DNA of 64,000 nucleotides from Eledone cirrhosa (taxonomy: Eukaryota), in the NCBI GenBank assembly GCA_964016885.1, contig OZ024742.1:119908001-119972000 (forward strand). The letters are read 5' to 3'. This document shows positions 1 to 18,000 of the stretch, one piece after another. The translations under genes were made by a program, and so were the position numbers. The stretch's first letter is position 1. Every line of letters begins with the position of its first letter. Under the pieces are notes generated by a model. It was not told where the DNA came from. It saw only the letters and a program-made list of their open reading frames with translations, and ran no database searches.

Positions 1-513
1 CAGCCATTTAAACCCCATCTACCCAGCAGCTTGGTACTGTTCCTACACTTTTCTTTCTTCTTCTCCTACACTATATTTGATAAAGGATTTAACCTGAAAC
101 TTCAGATCACTTCTTTATCTATTCAGCATAAATATTTCCACTGTAGACACATTGTTCATGTCAATTACATGCTTTCTTTTTTCACTCTTTATTTTAAACC
201 CCCATGTATCAATTGTTTGCTCCGTTGTCATTTTGAGTCGTTTTTACATATGATATATATATATTCTTATGACAAAATGTTGAGCCCTGTTACACTAGAG
301 TTTCACCTGTGTAGTCATGTGTGTGCATTTGTGTGTGTTTTTTTCAGTTTGTGTGTGTTCATAGGTAACAAATAAGATTACTAATTAATACCTTATGTAA
401 GACGTAATCGGGTGAAATAAATTCTTCTGTAAATAACGAGGTAAAATTGACCATCTTACATTTTATGCAAGTCTCTAGTACTCTCACCACATTCTGTGTT
501 AGAATAAGCAAAT

Positions 514-6096
<5,583 letters not shown>

Positions 6097-6097
<1 letters not shown>

Positions 6098-6395
6098 ACA
6101 GGAGCAGATATTGCAATACCCTTCGGTTGAAAGGCCTCCTTACTCTCTTCAACAAGCCACAAACAAAGTTAAGAGATCTGTATGGTGTGGACATGGATGT
6201 TTACAAGAAACATCTCAACACTCTGCTATCCAGGATCCCGGATGAGCCCGCAGCATGTTACGAAGTTAACCTAAGGGCAGCAACAACGAACTCCCTCTTA
6301 CACCAATGGCCAGCCAACACAGGCTGGAGATAGAATGTGTAGCAAAAAGGCTGATGCCCGAGCTTGGTGTCTGCTGGATGGCTGGAACATGTAAA

Positions 6396-6400
<5 letters not shown>
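6097..6400 (+). mobile_element. 3' end fragment of a non-LTR retrotransposon (CR1/L2-like)
   Basis: Translation [35 protein letters not shown]...[11 protein letters not shown] resembles LINE ORF2 C-termini; flanked by (TA)n. Confidence 0.55.
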
Positions 6401-6427
<27 letters not shown>

Positions 6428-6553
6428 CGTTATTCCGGGTTGAATCGGAGGTAACCACAGTAAGTAAGGTACTCAATACATAGCAGAGTATAAAAGTTTT
6501 AATATAGATGAGATTCTACAGGACTAGAACTGTTTCATTCATTAGAAATCATC

Positions 6554-6604
6554 AGATTCCTAATGATTTCTAATGAATGAAACAGTTCTAGTCCTGTAGA
6601 ATCT
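6554..6604 (+). ncRNA. Hammerhead fold with core mutation (CTAATGA) inside a palindrome; the opposite arm has intact CTGATGA
   Basis: Stem I AGATTC/GAATCT, stem II TTC/GAA, GAAA 6579-6582, stem III CAG/CTG, GTA triplet. Confidence 0.6.
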
Positions 6605-6606
6605 CA

Positions 6607-6641
<35 letters not shown>

Positions 6642-6786
6642 CCTACTACCATCTACAAACTGACCAATGAGAATCAAGACTATTCCTGCTGACAACATCA
6701 AAATATTCCTAACAAGCTCATATGTCCCAAGGCTCTGATACCATCAACACTATAAACACAGAGCTGGCATATCTAGGAACTGACTA

Positions 6787-6842
6787 ACTGCCTGATGAGG
6801 TCATAGCCATTCAATGGCTATCATTGAAATATATATAGCAGT
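6787..6842 (+). ncRNA. Minimal type I hammerhead ribozyme (Penelope-type, palindromic loop III)
   Basis: Stem I ACTGC/GCAGT; CTGATGA 6792-6798; stem II ATAGCCAT/ATGGCTAT; GAAA 6826-6829; T-ATAT-A stem III; ATA triplet, predicted cleavage after 6837. Confidence 0.75.
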
Positions 6843-7065
6843 AAATAAATGATTATGAGTTCATGCAATTGACTTATGTTTCATCACTATATATATATAT
6901 ATAGTAATAATAATAAATTTGAAGACTAAAATCCCAAGAGGGCTCGATAAGGATAAATATATATTAAATATATAAGAACCGTAGACCAAATATTTATTAA
7001 AATAACAGATTAAAGTTTAAGCAAAGAATCGCTGCTTCCACCCTTAACGGGATCTTCTGAAACTC

Positions 7066-7118
7066 GAGTTTCAGAAGATTCCTTTCAGGGTGAAAGCAGC
7101 GATTCTTTGCTTAAACTT
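7066..7118 (+). ncRNA. Hammerhead-like fold with variant core CAGAAGA inside a palindrome
   Basis: Stem I GAGTTT/AAACTT, stem II TCC/GGG, GAAA 7092-7095, stem III GCA/TGC, CTT triplet. Confidence 0.5.
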
Positions 7119-7667
7119 TAATCTGTTATTTTAATAAATATATATATATATATATATATATAGTAGAATAATCGAGTATCGAAAAATCGGCGCACGAGTT
7201 CACGATAAACAAAATTCGATATGAGCGGCAGAGTGCTCCATAATTTGGATAAATCAGAGCTATAACTATCGTTAAAATACCGTCACACACAGAACAAGTC
7301 TATAATCAACCGCACGATCGAAAATTTGCGATCCGGAAGATTCGGGACACTCAGATAAAAAATCTCAATAATTCAATAAATTAAATGAATGTAAAAAGCA
7401 TACCCGGACCCGCTAGGAAGATGTTAAATCTAGCTTCTTGGGTTTCTGTAAATCCTTAAACTGCTCTCTATCAGCTCACATAAAAATATATAAGACTTCT
7501 AGATATCAGCGGACAGGAAATTTACTTCTTCAACGAGCTTTGTCCAAACGAATGAAATGGCATAACCCAAGCTAAATACGCACATGGAATTTGGCAAGGG
7601 AGATAACCTCTACATCCGCGAAAACTATTCGGGAAAATGTGGAAATATACATATCGAATAAGACACA

Positions 7668-7707
<40 letters not shown>

Positions 7708-8190
7708 TGTGTGTGTGTGTAGATAAATATATATATAGGTATATATGTATATGTAGATATATATATATATATATATAGGTGTATATATATATATGTATGT
7801 GTATATATGTATGTATATATAGATATATATGTATATATGTGTATATGTATATATGTATGTATATATATATGTATATATATATGTGTATATGTATATATAT
7901 ATGTGTATATGTATATACACAATAATTAAAAATATAAATTAAAATGCGCATACGCACCTCTATAACTATATAGCACACGTACAAATCTTGATAGTTCGCT
8001 CCTTAGTCTTTCCTCTCTCTCTCTTTAGTTGAGCACGTCTCTTTGAGTGGTTTTGGGCTGCCATTTGTAGCAGCTCGTCCCTCAGATACCACTGGTTCAC
8101 TGTCCTATGCACGCTGTCACATCTCTCTGCCGCGTGTTGCAGGACGGTTATCTTATATTTCCTTAGAGTTGTCTGGAATGTATTTGCCTT

Positions 8191-8273
8191 ACACACGCTG
8201 ATGATCCATAGGCACTTCCATTTCAGTCAACAACTTCCTGGCGAAACAGATCTCTTTGGATTTGTACGTGTGT
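8191..8273 (+). ncRNA. Type I hammerhead ribozyme fold
   Basis: Stem I ACACACG/CGTGTGT (7 bp); CTGATGA 8198-8204; stem II CCA/TGG with long loop; GAAA 8243-8246; stem III CAGATC/GATTTG; GTA triplet, predicted cleavage after 8266. Confidence 0.8.
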
Positions 8274-8880
8274 CTTATATATTTATAGAAGGGCATATAT
8301 ACATTTTAATTTATATTTTTAATTATTGTGTGTCTACCCTGCCTCCCATAGGTTATAGATTCCATACACTGGAGGTTTCCCTGTTTTGTTGATGGCACAC
8401 ACTCTCTCTCTCGCTCTCTCTCTTTAGTGTGTTACCCTTTCTACATATTGTATTTTGAAGAGCTCAGGATTCCTTTTCCTTTGAGCACATAATTTACAGG
8501 GAATAACGAGAGTCTATGGCTCCGTTAATTTATCTTGATACATGTATATATATATATATGTGTGTATATATACATATATGTGTGTATAAATATCATCTTG
8601 GTTAAGAGAGTGGGACTGGCTTTGTGCAGTGCCTTTGCTCACTATAAAAGCTTCACGGCACAGGCATTGCTTTATATCTGGAGATCTCTCTACACTTGTT
8701 GTCACATAGTACCATGGGCCCAGCACTATGTGTCAATAATTGTCACAGGTGTAGTGTTTGTACCAGAGTTTTCAAGTCGCTGGCTGGACTAAAAAGTCAC
8801 ACTCGTTCAGCGCATCGGTAGGGGTTCTCCTACATGGATATAAAGTAGTGGCCGTACTCGAAAACGAGTTGGCAGCCACT

Positions 8881-9133
8881 ATGTGTGTATATGTATATAT
8901 ATATATGTGTATATGTATATATATATATGTGTATATGTATATATATATATGTGTATATGTATATATATATGTATATATGTATATATGTGTATATATATAT
9001 ATATATGTATATATGTGTATATGTATATATATGTGTATATGTATATATATATATGTATATATGTGTATATGTATATATATGTGTATATGTATATATATGT
9101 GTATATGTATATATATATATATATATGTATGTG

Positions 9134-9187
<54 letters not shown>

Positions 9188-9600
9188 TATATGTATATAT
9201 ATATATGTTTATATGTATATATATATATGTTTATATGTATATATATATATGTTTATATGTATATATATATATGTTTATATGTATATATATGTTTATATGT
9301 ATATATATATATGTTTATATGTATATATATATATGTTTATATGTATATATATATATGTGTATATGTATATATATATGTGTGTATATGTATATATATATAT
9401 GTGTGTGTATATGTATATATATATATATATATATGTGTGTATATGTATATATGTGTATGTGTATATGTATATATATATGTATATATATGTATATATATAT
9501 GTGTATATATATATGTGTATATATATATGTATATATATATATGTGTATATATATATGTATATATATATATGTGTGTATATGTATATATATATGTATATGT
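8881..9600. repeat. (TA)n/(TATG)n microsatellite
   Basis: Direct reading. Confidence 0.97.
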
Positions 9601-9767
9601 AAATGTGACAACCATTTAGCCCATGCAAGTATGGAAATGGTGAATATATTTATATATATATATATATACATTTATGTCTATACATATGTATGTAAAACCT
9701 ATATGGATGTATATGTATATTTATGAATAGGTATGTATACATATTGTGTGTAAATACCTATATATAT

Positions 9768-10200
9768 CTTCTTCTTCGCCCACTTATTCCTGAGAGTGTT
9801 GTGGGGCCAGAATTCTCAAACACTCCTCCCAATTGATCCTGTCAGAAGCAACAATCACTAACTGATCAGGTTGGGATCCCCAAGCAAGACCAGCCAAGCT
9901 CATGGATGTTATTCAACCATCTTGCTCGGGATCTAGCCATGGGTCTCCTGCCAGTTAGTTTTGCCCTTATCATTTGTCCAGTGATTCTTTCCTGAGACAT
10001 TCTAACCATAGTGGAGCTGTGATCTCTCAATTCAGAGAAGTAGCAACTCTACCTCGAGTGACTCTCGGATCTCCAAGCTATGCACTCTATCTAGCAATCC
10101 TACCCCAAAGGCTTCTCAGAAGAACTCCATTTTGGCCGCTTGTATACTTTCAGTCATTATCCAAGACTCATGTCGATAGGTAATGGTTGGCACGAATACC
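9768..10200 (-). mobile_element. RTE-clade LINE 3' fragment with (GAA)n tail
   Basis: Minus strand reads FVPTITYRHESWIMTE..QAAKMEF, matching the RTE consensus LTYGHESW.MT..QAAEM.FLR. Confidence 0.65.
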
Positions 10201-11928
10201 GAAATGAAGATAGCAAGTTTGGCTCCCACACCCACCTATATACACACACACACATATATATGTATACATATATGTTTATATACATACATATATATCTATT
10301 ATATTGGATAGAAAGTTCTTGCTGTTTTTCAAAATGTTTTTGACTTTGGTGTTTTTTAACCAAAGTCAAAATAATTGCCATCATTTGCAATTACTGTCTG
10401 TTGTTGTTTAGAAAAGCACATGATTCCATTCTTGTTGAATTCTTCTGGCTTCGATGGAAAGAATTTCGTCAGCCACTGATTCCACTGGTGATGATGCATT
10501 GCTCATTGAGAAAAAGGTGATAGTCTGTAGGGTCGAGGTCAGGCAAAGATCCATGCTGCTGCCTCCTTGACAGCGTAACAGAAAATGAGAAATGCAAATA
10601 GTGCATACTAAAATCATTAATGCACAACCTTCAATATTTCCAGAGAGTTCTACCAAAAAATACCTCCTTTTGCAAAATGGCAGGAACTTTCTGTCCAAAC
10701 CAATATATATATAAATGACATGTATATTTGTGTATCATGATCCTCATTTACATTGGCTTTCCCTGCTAGTAAGGGTTAGATGGGCTACTGACCTCCCAGA
10801 TAGGCTGAGGGGTAGGAATCCAGCTTAAATATGGTCATACGATCTATTGGGTGCAGAGGAGAGGTTATCATGTCTTTTGTTAGGCAAGGTTGCTATGGCT
10901 AGATGCCCTTTCAAATATCAACCATTTTACAGTGTGTACTAGGTGCTTTTATTGTGTAGATCACCAGCACTAGGGAAGTTGTCATGTATTTGACACAACT
11001 AAAGCGTCCTCTCAAGTTTTCTACTGCTGGATGCCCTTCCTATCTCTAACCACTTTATAGATTGTACTGAGTGCATTTATCATATATATATATATATATG
11101 CTTGATTACCATATATTAAAAATAATATATGTGAATATATATAAATGTATGTGCACATGTATATATTTATTCAGTTTAGAATAGGTGCACTGTATCCCTG
11201 TATGTCAACTGAGGCCACTGAAATGGTTGGCACTATGAAAGATATCTAGTTTTAAAGCATTGCCTCAGAAAGTACCCCATGTCAGGTGTTCCACTATATC
11301 AATCTCTACTTTAGCAAGGAAAATAGCCTTAAAGCACTTGTTGGTGTATGTGTATGTTTATAATCATTTAATGTTGGCTTTCTATGCTAGCATGAATTGG
11401 ACAAATGTTGACATCAGCGAGATTTGAATACAGAGCATAGATTGCCTCAATAAATGTGGCAAAGAATTTTATGTGATGCTTTTATTATTCAGCCAATTCA
11501 CCCCCTTATACATAGAGAGAGGGTATCTACATTATATATATATATATATGCATCTATGTCGTGTATAAACCCATACAAGTATGGAAAATTGGATATAAAA
11601 ATGATGATATATATATATGTACCTGTGTGTGTGTACATAAGCGATTAAGGGAGAAGTGTTTCAATTGTGTACTCAATACAAAATAGCAGTGAATGTATAT
11701 TCATTTGATATCGTACATTTTGATGAAGATCTTGTTTCACTCTAAGGTGCTGCTCAGCTCCTTAGAGCAAAACAAAATGATCTTTTTGTAGGAATGAATT
11801 ATGTCAAATTTATATATATATATAAACCCATACTAACATGGAAATTAAATGATGATACATAAATATATGTATATGTGAGTATGCATGTATTGATGTATAT
11901 ATATAGAGAGATATATATTATTCCTATA

Positions 11929-11960
<32 letters not shown>

Positions 11961-14900
11961 TCTTCATATATATATATATACACACACACTTATAATATAG
12001 GAAGAAATTCTATTTCAATATACTTCTGATACTTTTTAAAGGAAGATATTGTAATGAAAGTTAATATTTTAATACTTATTTTAGTTCATTTGTTTGTTCT
12101 CGACATTCCCACATTTTCCTAAATTTATTTAAGATATTATTCATGTATTGTATATTATCTATTTAAACTTATTAGTTACACTCAGAAAACAATTTATGAA
12201 TTTTGTAAAATACATCCAATCTAGAAAGATTTTTTTTTCTAAGGAAATATGAATATCTTTTGAAATAATTTTTTGTGGGGGTGTAATATATTCCTGGGCT
12301 GTCATATTTGAATGTATGTGAACATAAATCATGAAAAACTACAAATATATCAATCAAGGTGTCTTTATACACCTTTGATGTCTTGAACGTATGAGCCAGT
12401 GATAGCTGTGGCTCTCATGAAACCGTATTCCTTATAGAATTTCAAAAGAGCCACAAATTTTACTGGATATGACTGTCATAAGTTTACTTGTATTATTGGG
12501 ACCTAAATATTCATAGTAGATACAAATTCTTACATAAATATATAAACTATATTTCCAATGATCAAATCAATATGAATGCATTATAATAAGAGTATGATTT
12601 GCTTTTTAAACTTAAACTAGAACTATTGACAAGTCAGTCAAACATGTGAAAATTACATCCTAAGATACTTAAAAATTTGGTAAAGGAAACCCACAAAGGA
12701 AATAGAGAAACTATATAAAGTAGTGCAAATGATCATTATCTTTATATGCAGCTAATTTATCATTTATTATCATTTTCTTGAGACATATTTTTGCTGGCAT
12801 TGTAGATTTAATCTATTCTTGCAAAATAAATTCTTGTTTTTTTTATATAAACACAATTTAGCTATTTTAACCATGACACTATATGTGTAATAATTTAAAT
12901 AGAATGAAGACAATCAATTCATTTTATTTTTGTTTAAATCCAACAAAGCATACAAAAATGTTATAGAATAAAATCCTAAACAAACAAATGGTGCCATTTC
13001 TCAACCCATGAATATTCTTCCTGCTAATACAAGTATTCCAAATACTCAAATGTTGCTAATTTCTTATGTGCTCATTTCTACATTAACAATTATGTGAATT
13101 GAAATTTTTTAAAAGTTTAACGATAATAGGATTTTGTGACATACTGTATTTTTCTTAAAACATGCCTGTCATAGTTACAAAAGATACTGTAGAAATTTAT
13201 TGTTAACTGTTATTTAATCACACAAATGTAGGCTATGTATTTTGGTAGATATGCATGGCAGTCCGTAATAAATTAAGAAAAAAATAGTTCTTCTGCTATC
13301 AAAAGGTGTTGTTTTAACACACTTTTGATGTAGATTTTAAAAAATAATTTACACTTTGTTAAATTTTTCCAGTTTTATCAAAAAACTATCTGTACAATGA
13401 ATATTCATATTTCTGTGACCAACACACATACTTTGTAGTCGTTGCTGAAAGAAATGTTATGTCAGGCTAAAATTTCCAATGTTCTGTCTTGATAGTTTAT
13501 CCAAGCAATAGATTCTTCCCAAAATATTGTAAGGGAATACTGGTGCATTGTTTATCAATAATTAATTTTGGATTGTTTTTATAGTTGTGGAAAAGTGTTA
13601 TTCAATCTGTATTATTACACCATCACTAACATTGTACAAATACACTTAAGAGTTTAGCCTTTTGTCAGCCTGTAGTGAATGCTCCCTTTGTAGATTATCT
13701 GCACCTTAATTATCTATACATATGGTTCATAATTATACTTTGTTTCCTCTGTATCATTATTGTTAAATAGATTTTTAAACTTAATCTTTTGATATTTTAC
13801 TTGCATTGATTTATATACAGCCAACCTGTGTTCTAATTAATATATCTTTTGTTTTTATATCCTTAATAACTTCAAAGATTTTTGTTCACCTTAGTTAAGA
13901 AAATATTTGAAATAAAAACTCTATGAATGATATAAGGAAACATGAAAGTAATTTTAAATCAGTTATAATTTTTACTTGTGACATACAAGAATATATATAT
14001 TCAGCAACAAAGTTTACATCTAACTAAACATGGAGCTGTATGTAAGCGAGATGCAAAACCCCAGCCTTGTCTGGAACGTCAGTAGCCCCACTTCAGTACT
14101 GACTTGGTTTACAAAGACCTGTCCAACCCTTGCTAACAGAGAAAGTGGATGTTAAATGATGATGATCAATTGCACTGTTGATCAAAATATATTACTTATA
14201 ACACCAGTAATATAAACACCTTAGGTTGTGTTTATAGTACTTCTTACTGGTGATTTAATTTGGACTATTATATGAAAATTTAAATCATGTCATTCTTCAT
14301 ATATTTCATTAACCTAGTGGCTTTAATATATATTTTTCAAAATTTAATATATTTTTCTTTTCTTTTCTTTTAACTTGCAATATTTTATTATTCTTTCTTG
14401 CATATCAGAGAAAACTTTCTCAGAAACAGAGTGAAACTCAGTTGATAAATGAACCATGTGCAAATGATTTTAGAATCATTGTGTTTATGGATAGGTAATC
14501 AAATTTCAGCTTGTGTAAGTTAACTACTTGGTGAAGAAAGATTAAGATATCTCATAGAAACAATCAATTTGATTGTAAAATGTTGCTAAAAATTAAAATA
14601 CTACAGTTTCAAATTATCAGTTATTTAATCAAGAACATTTCATTTACATTTTTATTTTGAAATTGTTATTTGGTTTGTTGTTTATTGAATTACCTTATTA
14701 AAAATTGGTTGGTTTGGTTGAATGTTCTATAAATGCTGATTTTGAAGAAAATTTCTGGTAAATATTACCATAGAAAAAGGAGTCTTCAAAAGAAGTAAAT
14801 TTTACTGTGTTATATTTTCTTAATAAAATATAATTTGCATGTTCATTGATTTTTGTCATTTTTTTAAATATATATTGTTTGTTAATTTTTTTAATTTTAA

Positions 14901-14975
14901 TTACTTAAATAAAAATCAAAGGAATGTGTAAATCAGATTTGAATTATATTAGTTGGTTACAGTTTGATAACTGGA

Positions 14976-15099
14976 TTAAACTAAATAAGGAGAATCCATG
15001 GCAGCAAAGCCAGCAGCAATACCTCCTTCATCCACACCAAGAACTTTAGTCCGCATTAAATGCCCAACTTGTTTGTTCATATGGATATTTTGTTCATCT
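14976..15099 (-). CDS. GSS: GSS last coding exon (DEQNIHMNKQVGHLMRTKVLGVDEGGIAAGFAAMDSPYLV*)
   Basis: tttcag acceptor; typical GSS C-terminus; TAA at 14978-14976. Confidence 0.96.
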
Positions 15100-18000
15100 C
15101 TGAAAAAGAAAATGGAATATATATTTTTGTGTCAAATATTGAGTAGGAGACAATTTTCTTTAAAAATACAATAGTATATATAGCAACCATTCAATTTTCC
15201 TTTTATTCTTGCAGAGTTTAACAATTAATATCTAATCAATAATATATATATATTGCTATATTTTCATTGAAATTAACAATAATATACATTTATCACCAGG
15301 GAGAAATCTAAAAAAAAAAACAGATCCTTTGCATTTTTTATTTTGGTAGTGAAAGTCCTCAGTAGACAAATGGATATAAAGTCTACTCTGGCACCTCAAC
15401 ACCTTGCTAATCAAACTTTTCCAAGAACAAGCCTTTCCATTATTATTGGACCCATTTATGGTGCATGTCTTTAAGATCCAATACATTATGTAACAAAGTT
15501 ACTGCAATAGAAAATTAAATTGAAATTCCAAACAATATCAGTTTTTAAATTACTTTTCTTGAAAAATAAAATTGTTGAATTCATCTTTTTCATATTGAAG
15601 AGCTTGAATTATTAATATTTAAATATTTTTAGCAGAATAACATCAATATTAAAATTTATAGCAACAAAATTCTTAGTAGAATTAGTTGGTAATTACAGGA
15701 CAACAGTTTTAAATACATGAACATATTTTGACAGAAATTTACAATTCATAAATAGAAAAAGTAAGTGAAAGATCAGTATATTTCAGCTTCACTCTGTGGA
15801 TAAAATGGTGAACAACCAGTGACACCCATTGCATTAACCGCTATAGCTTGCAGGGCTCCTTCCTCAGGTGGGATATACTTCTCCCAATTTTGTGGAAGAA
15901 AACTAATTCAGAGACTACGGACACTGGCACAAAAAAGAATTTTCTTTTCATGAACTCAACAAAACTATGTAGGGCTTAATGTTTGAATCTCATCCACTTT
16001 TCAGAAGGCAGAGTTAATTCTGTTAATGCTTACCCAATAATAACTCCATAAATTCCAAGTTCACTGACAACATCAACAATATCACTTGCTTTTTCAAAAA
16101 GTAATACATTTTTCTGTGAGAAAGGGAAGATTCTTTTCATCAAAATGTAAGCCATTCTCTCAGAAGAGTCTTTAATTTTAGACAGATATTCTTTGATATC
16201 TTCATTATAGATGTTATTACCTACAAGAAAATATACAAATTTAATGAATATTCGAAACACAATTATTATTTTGAAATTTTAATTCATAAAATCTTACAAC
16301 ACAATTGATTTAGAAAAAAGAAAGAATGAAATACTCAAATATATTTTATAGTATTTCAGATATAGCAACTATGCCAAACAAAGGGTTCAGAGAGCCCTTT
16401 ACTTGTGTCAAAGACTTGACAACCTCCTTAGTGCTGTGGCTCCACAATAAAATGCACCTGTCAACACTTTCTAGCAGGAAAAATGGGTATCAAATGATGA
16501 TTATATATATATATATATATATATACATACACACCCATGCTAGCGTGGAAGATGGACGTTAAACGATGATGATGATGATATGTGTATCTGACACCAATTT
16601 ACATTGGTGAGATAACAAAACTGGTGCTTTAAGAAGTCCCTTGTATCCAGTTAGTAACCCCCTTGTCAATCTCACTAGGAACCAGTGATTCACTTATTTC
16701 CCAAACAATAATTTGAAATAAGTAAAAATAAGCACATCAGCTTTTCAACAATAAAAAAGGCATATTTGTCAAAACAAAAAAAAAAGAAGCACCAATCATA
16801 TGGCTAGTCAAAGATAGAACAGTTCCCTAAAGAAAGGATAAAAATATGCAATGTATGACAAATTCCATATATTATTCATCCAACAACTACAACTTTGACT
16901 TTTGTCAGGCACAAAGACAGATATGCCACATATCCTACTAAGTCATAACATATTTAATAGTTTGTTGCTTTCAACATACCAGTAATTATCTCTGTTGCTT
17001 TTAACATATCAGCAAATTATCTCTGATGGATTTATTTTGTCAAGATCGTACGACAATATAAACAGAATACAGAAATGAAAGTGTGGCTGAAAATGTCTAC
17101 CTTGTGGTAGCTGGTATAACATGAACTTAATGAGAAATGGGCACAACAACCATCACATGTAGTGCATAATCAGAAACCTGATGCTGAGTATTAATGTGAG
17201 TTTCCTGAGGGCAAAATAGGGAATTAACTCAACACTGCAAATTAATAAATCATCAATTTTACATTGATACTGCTACATACAGTAATAACTTCTTCCTGAC
17301 ACCCTTAACATTATCAACCATCTTGCCAACAACAACCCTGAGCACTTTTTTGAATTCTGTGTGTCTAACACCTGTAGATATGCCTACAAAGTCAGAAAAC
17401 AGCACAGCTCCCCTGACTTTATGAAACATTTTTTCATGCTCAAAGTTGCTGAAGTATGGAACAAACTACCTGCATCAGTTGTTATCCTTTAAGACCTCCA
17501 TGCTCCCTGAAATTCGCCAACACTACACCTGATCTTCCTCCATACACATAGTCATGATATACACACAGATGTGTGTATATCATGACTCATACACTGTTCA
17601 CTTTCCTGACATTTGTACATTATTCTATGTACTATACATGCACCTTTGATGAGTTGTAGTGCACCTGGGCACTGCATACAATAATTTCATTATTATCATT
17701 ATTATTATAACCTACATTTACTATTTTCATTTAGGTGGAATTGACTGTTTAATCATTTTGTGTCCATATACATTTAAATAAATTTTGAAAATAATATTTT
17801 GGAGGATTCAGTGAAATAAGGATGGACTGTTTTAATTTAAATATGAATTCTTTAAAACAAGAAGTGGTCTTAGTTGAGTTGGTATCAAAAGGGTTAAAAG
17901 TTAAGTAACTTAGCCAGAGACGATGCAGAACTAAAGATAGATGCACCAGAGCTAAGGATAGATGGCACCAACCTCTCTATTAAATGTATATACCCTATAA

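Noticed and set aside
12407-12455. SECIS or histone stem-loop
   Set aside because: No GA quartet with apical AAR geometry, GSS has no in-frame TGA, and the loop is far too long for a histone stem-loop
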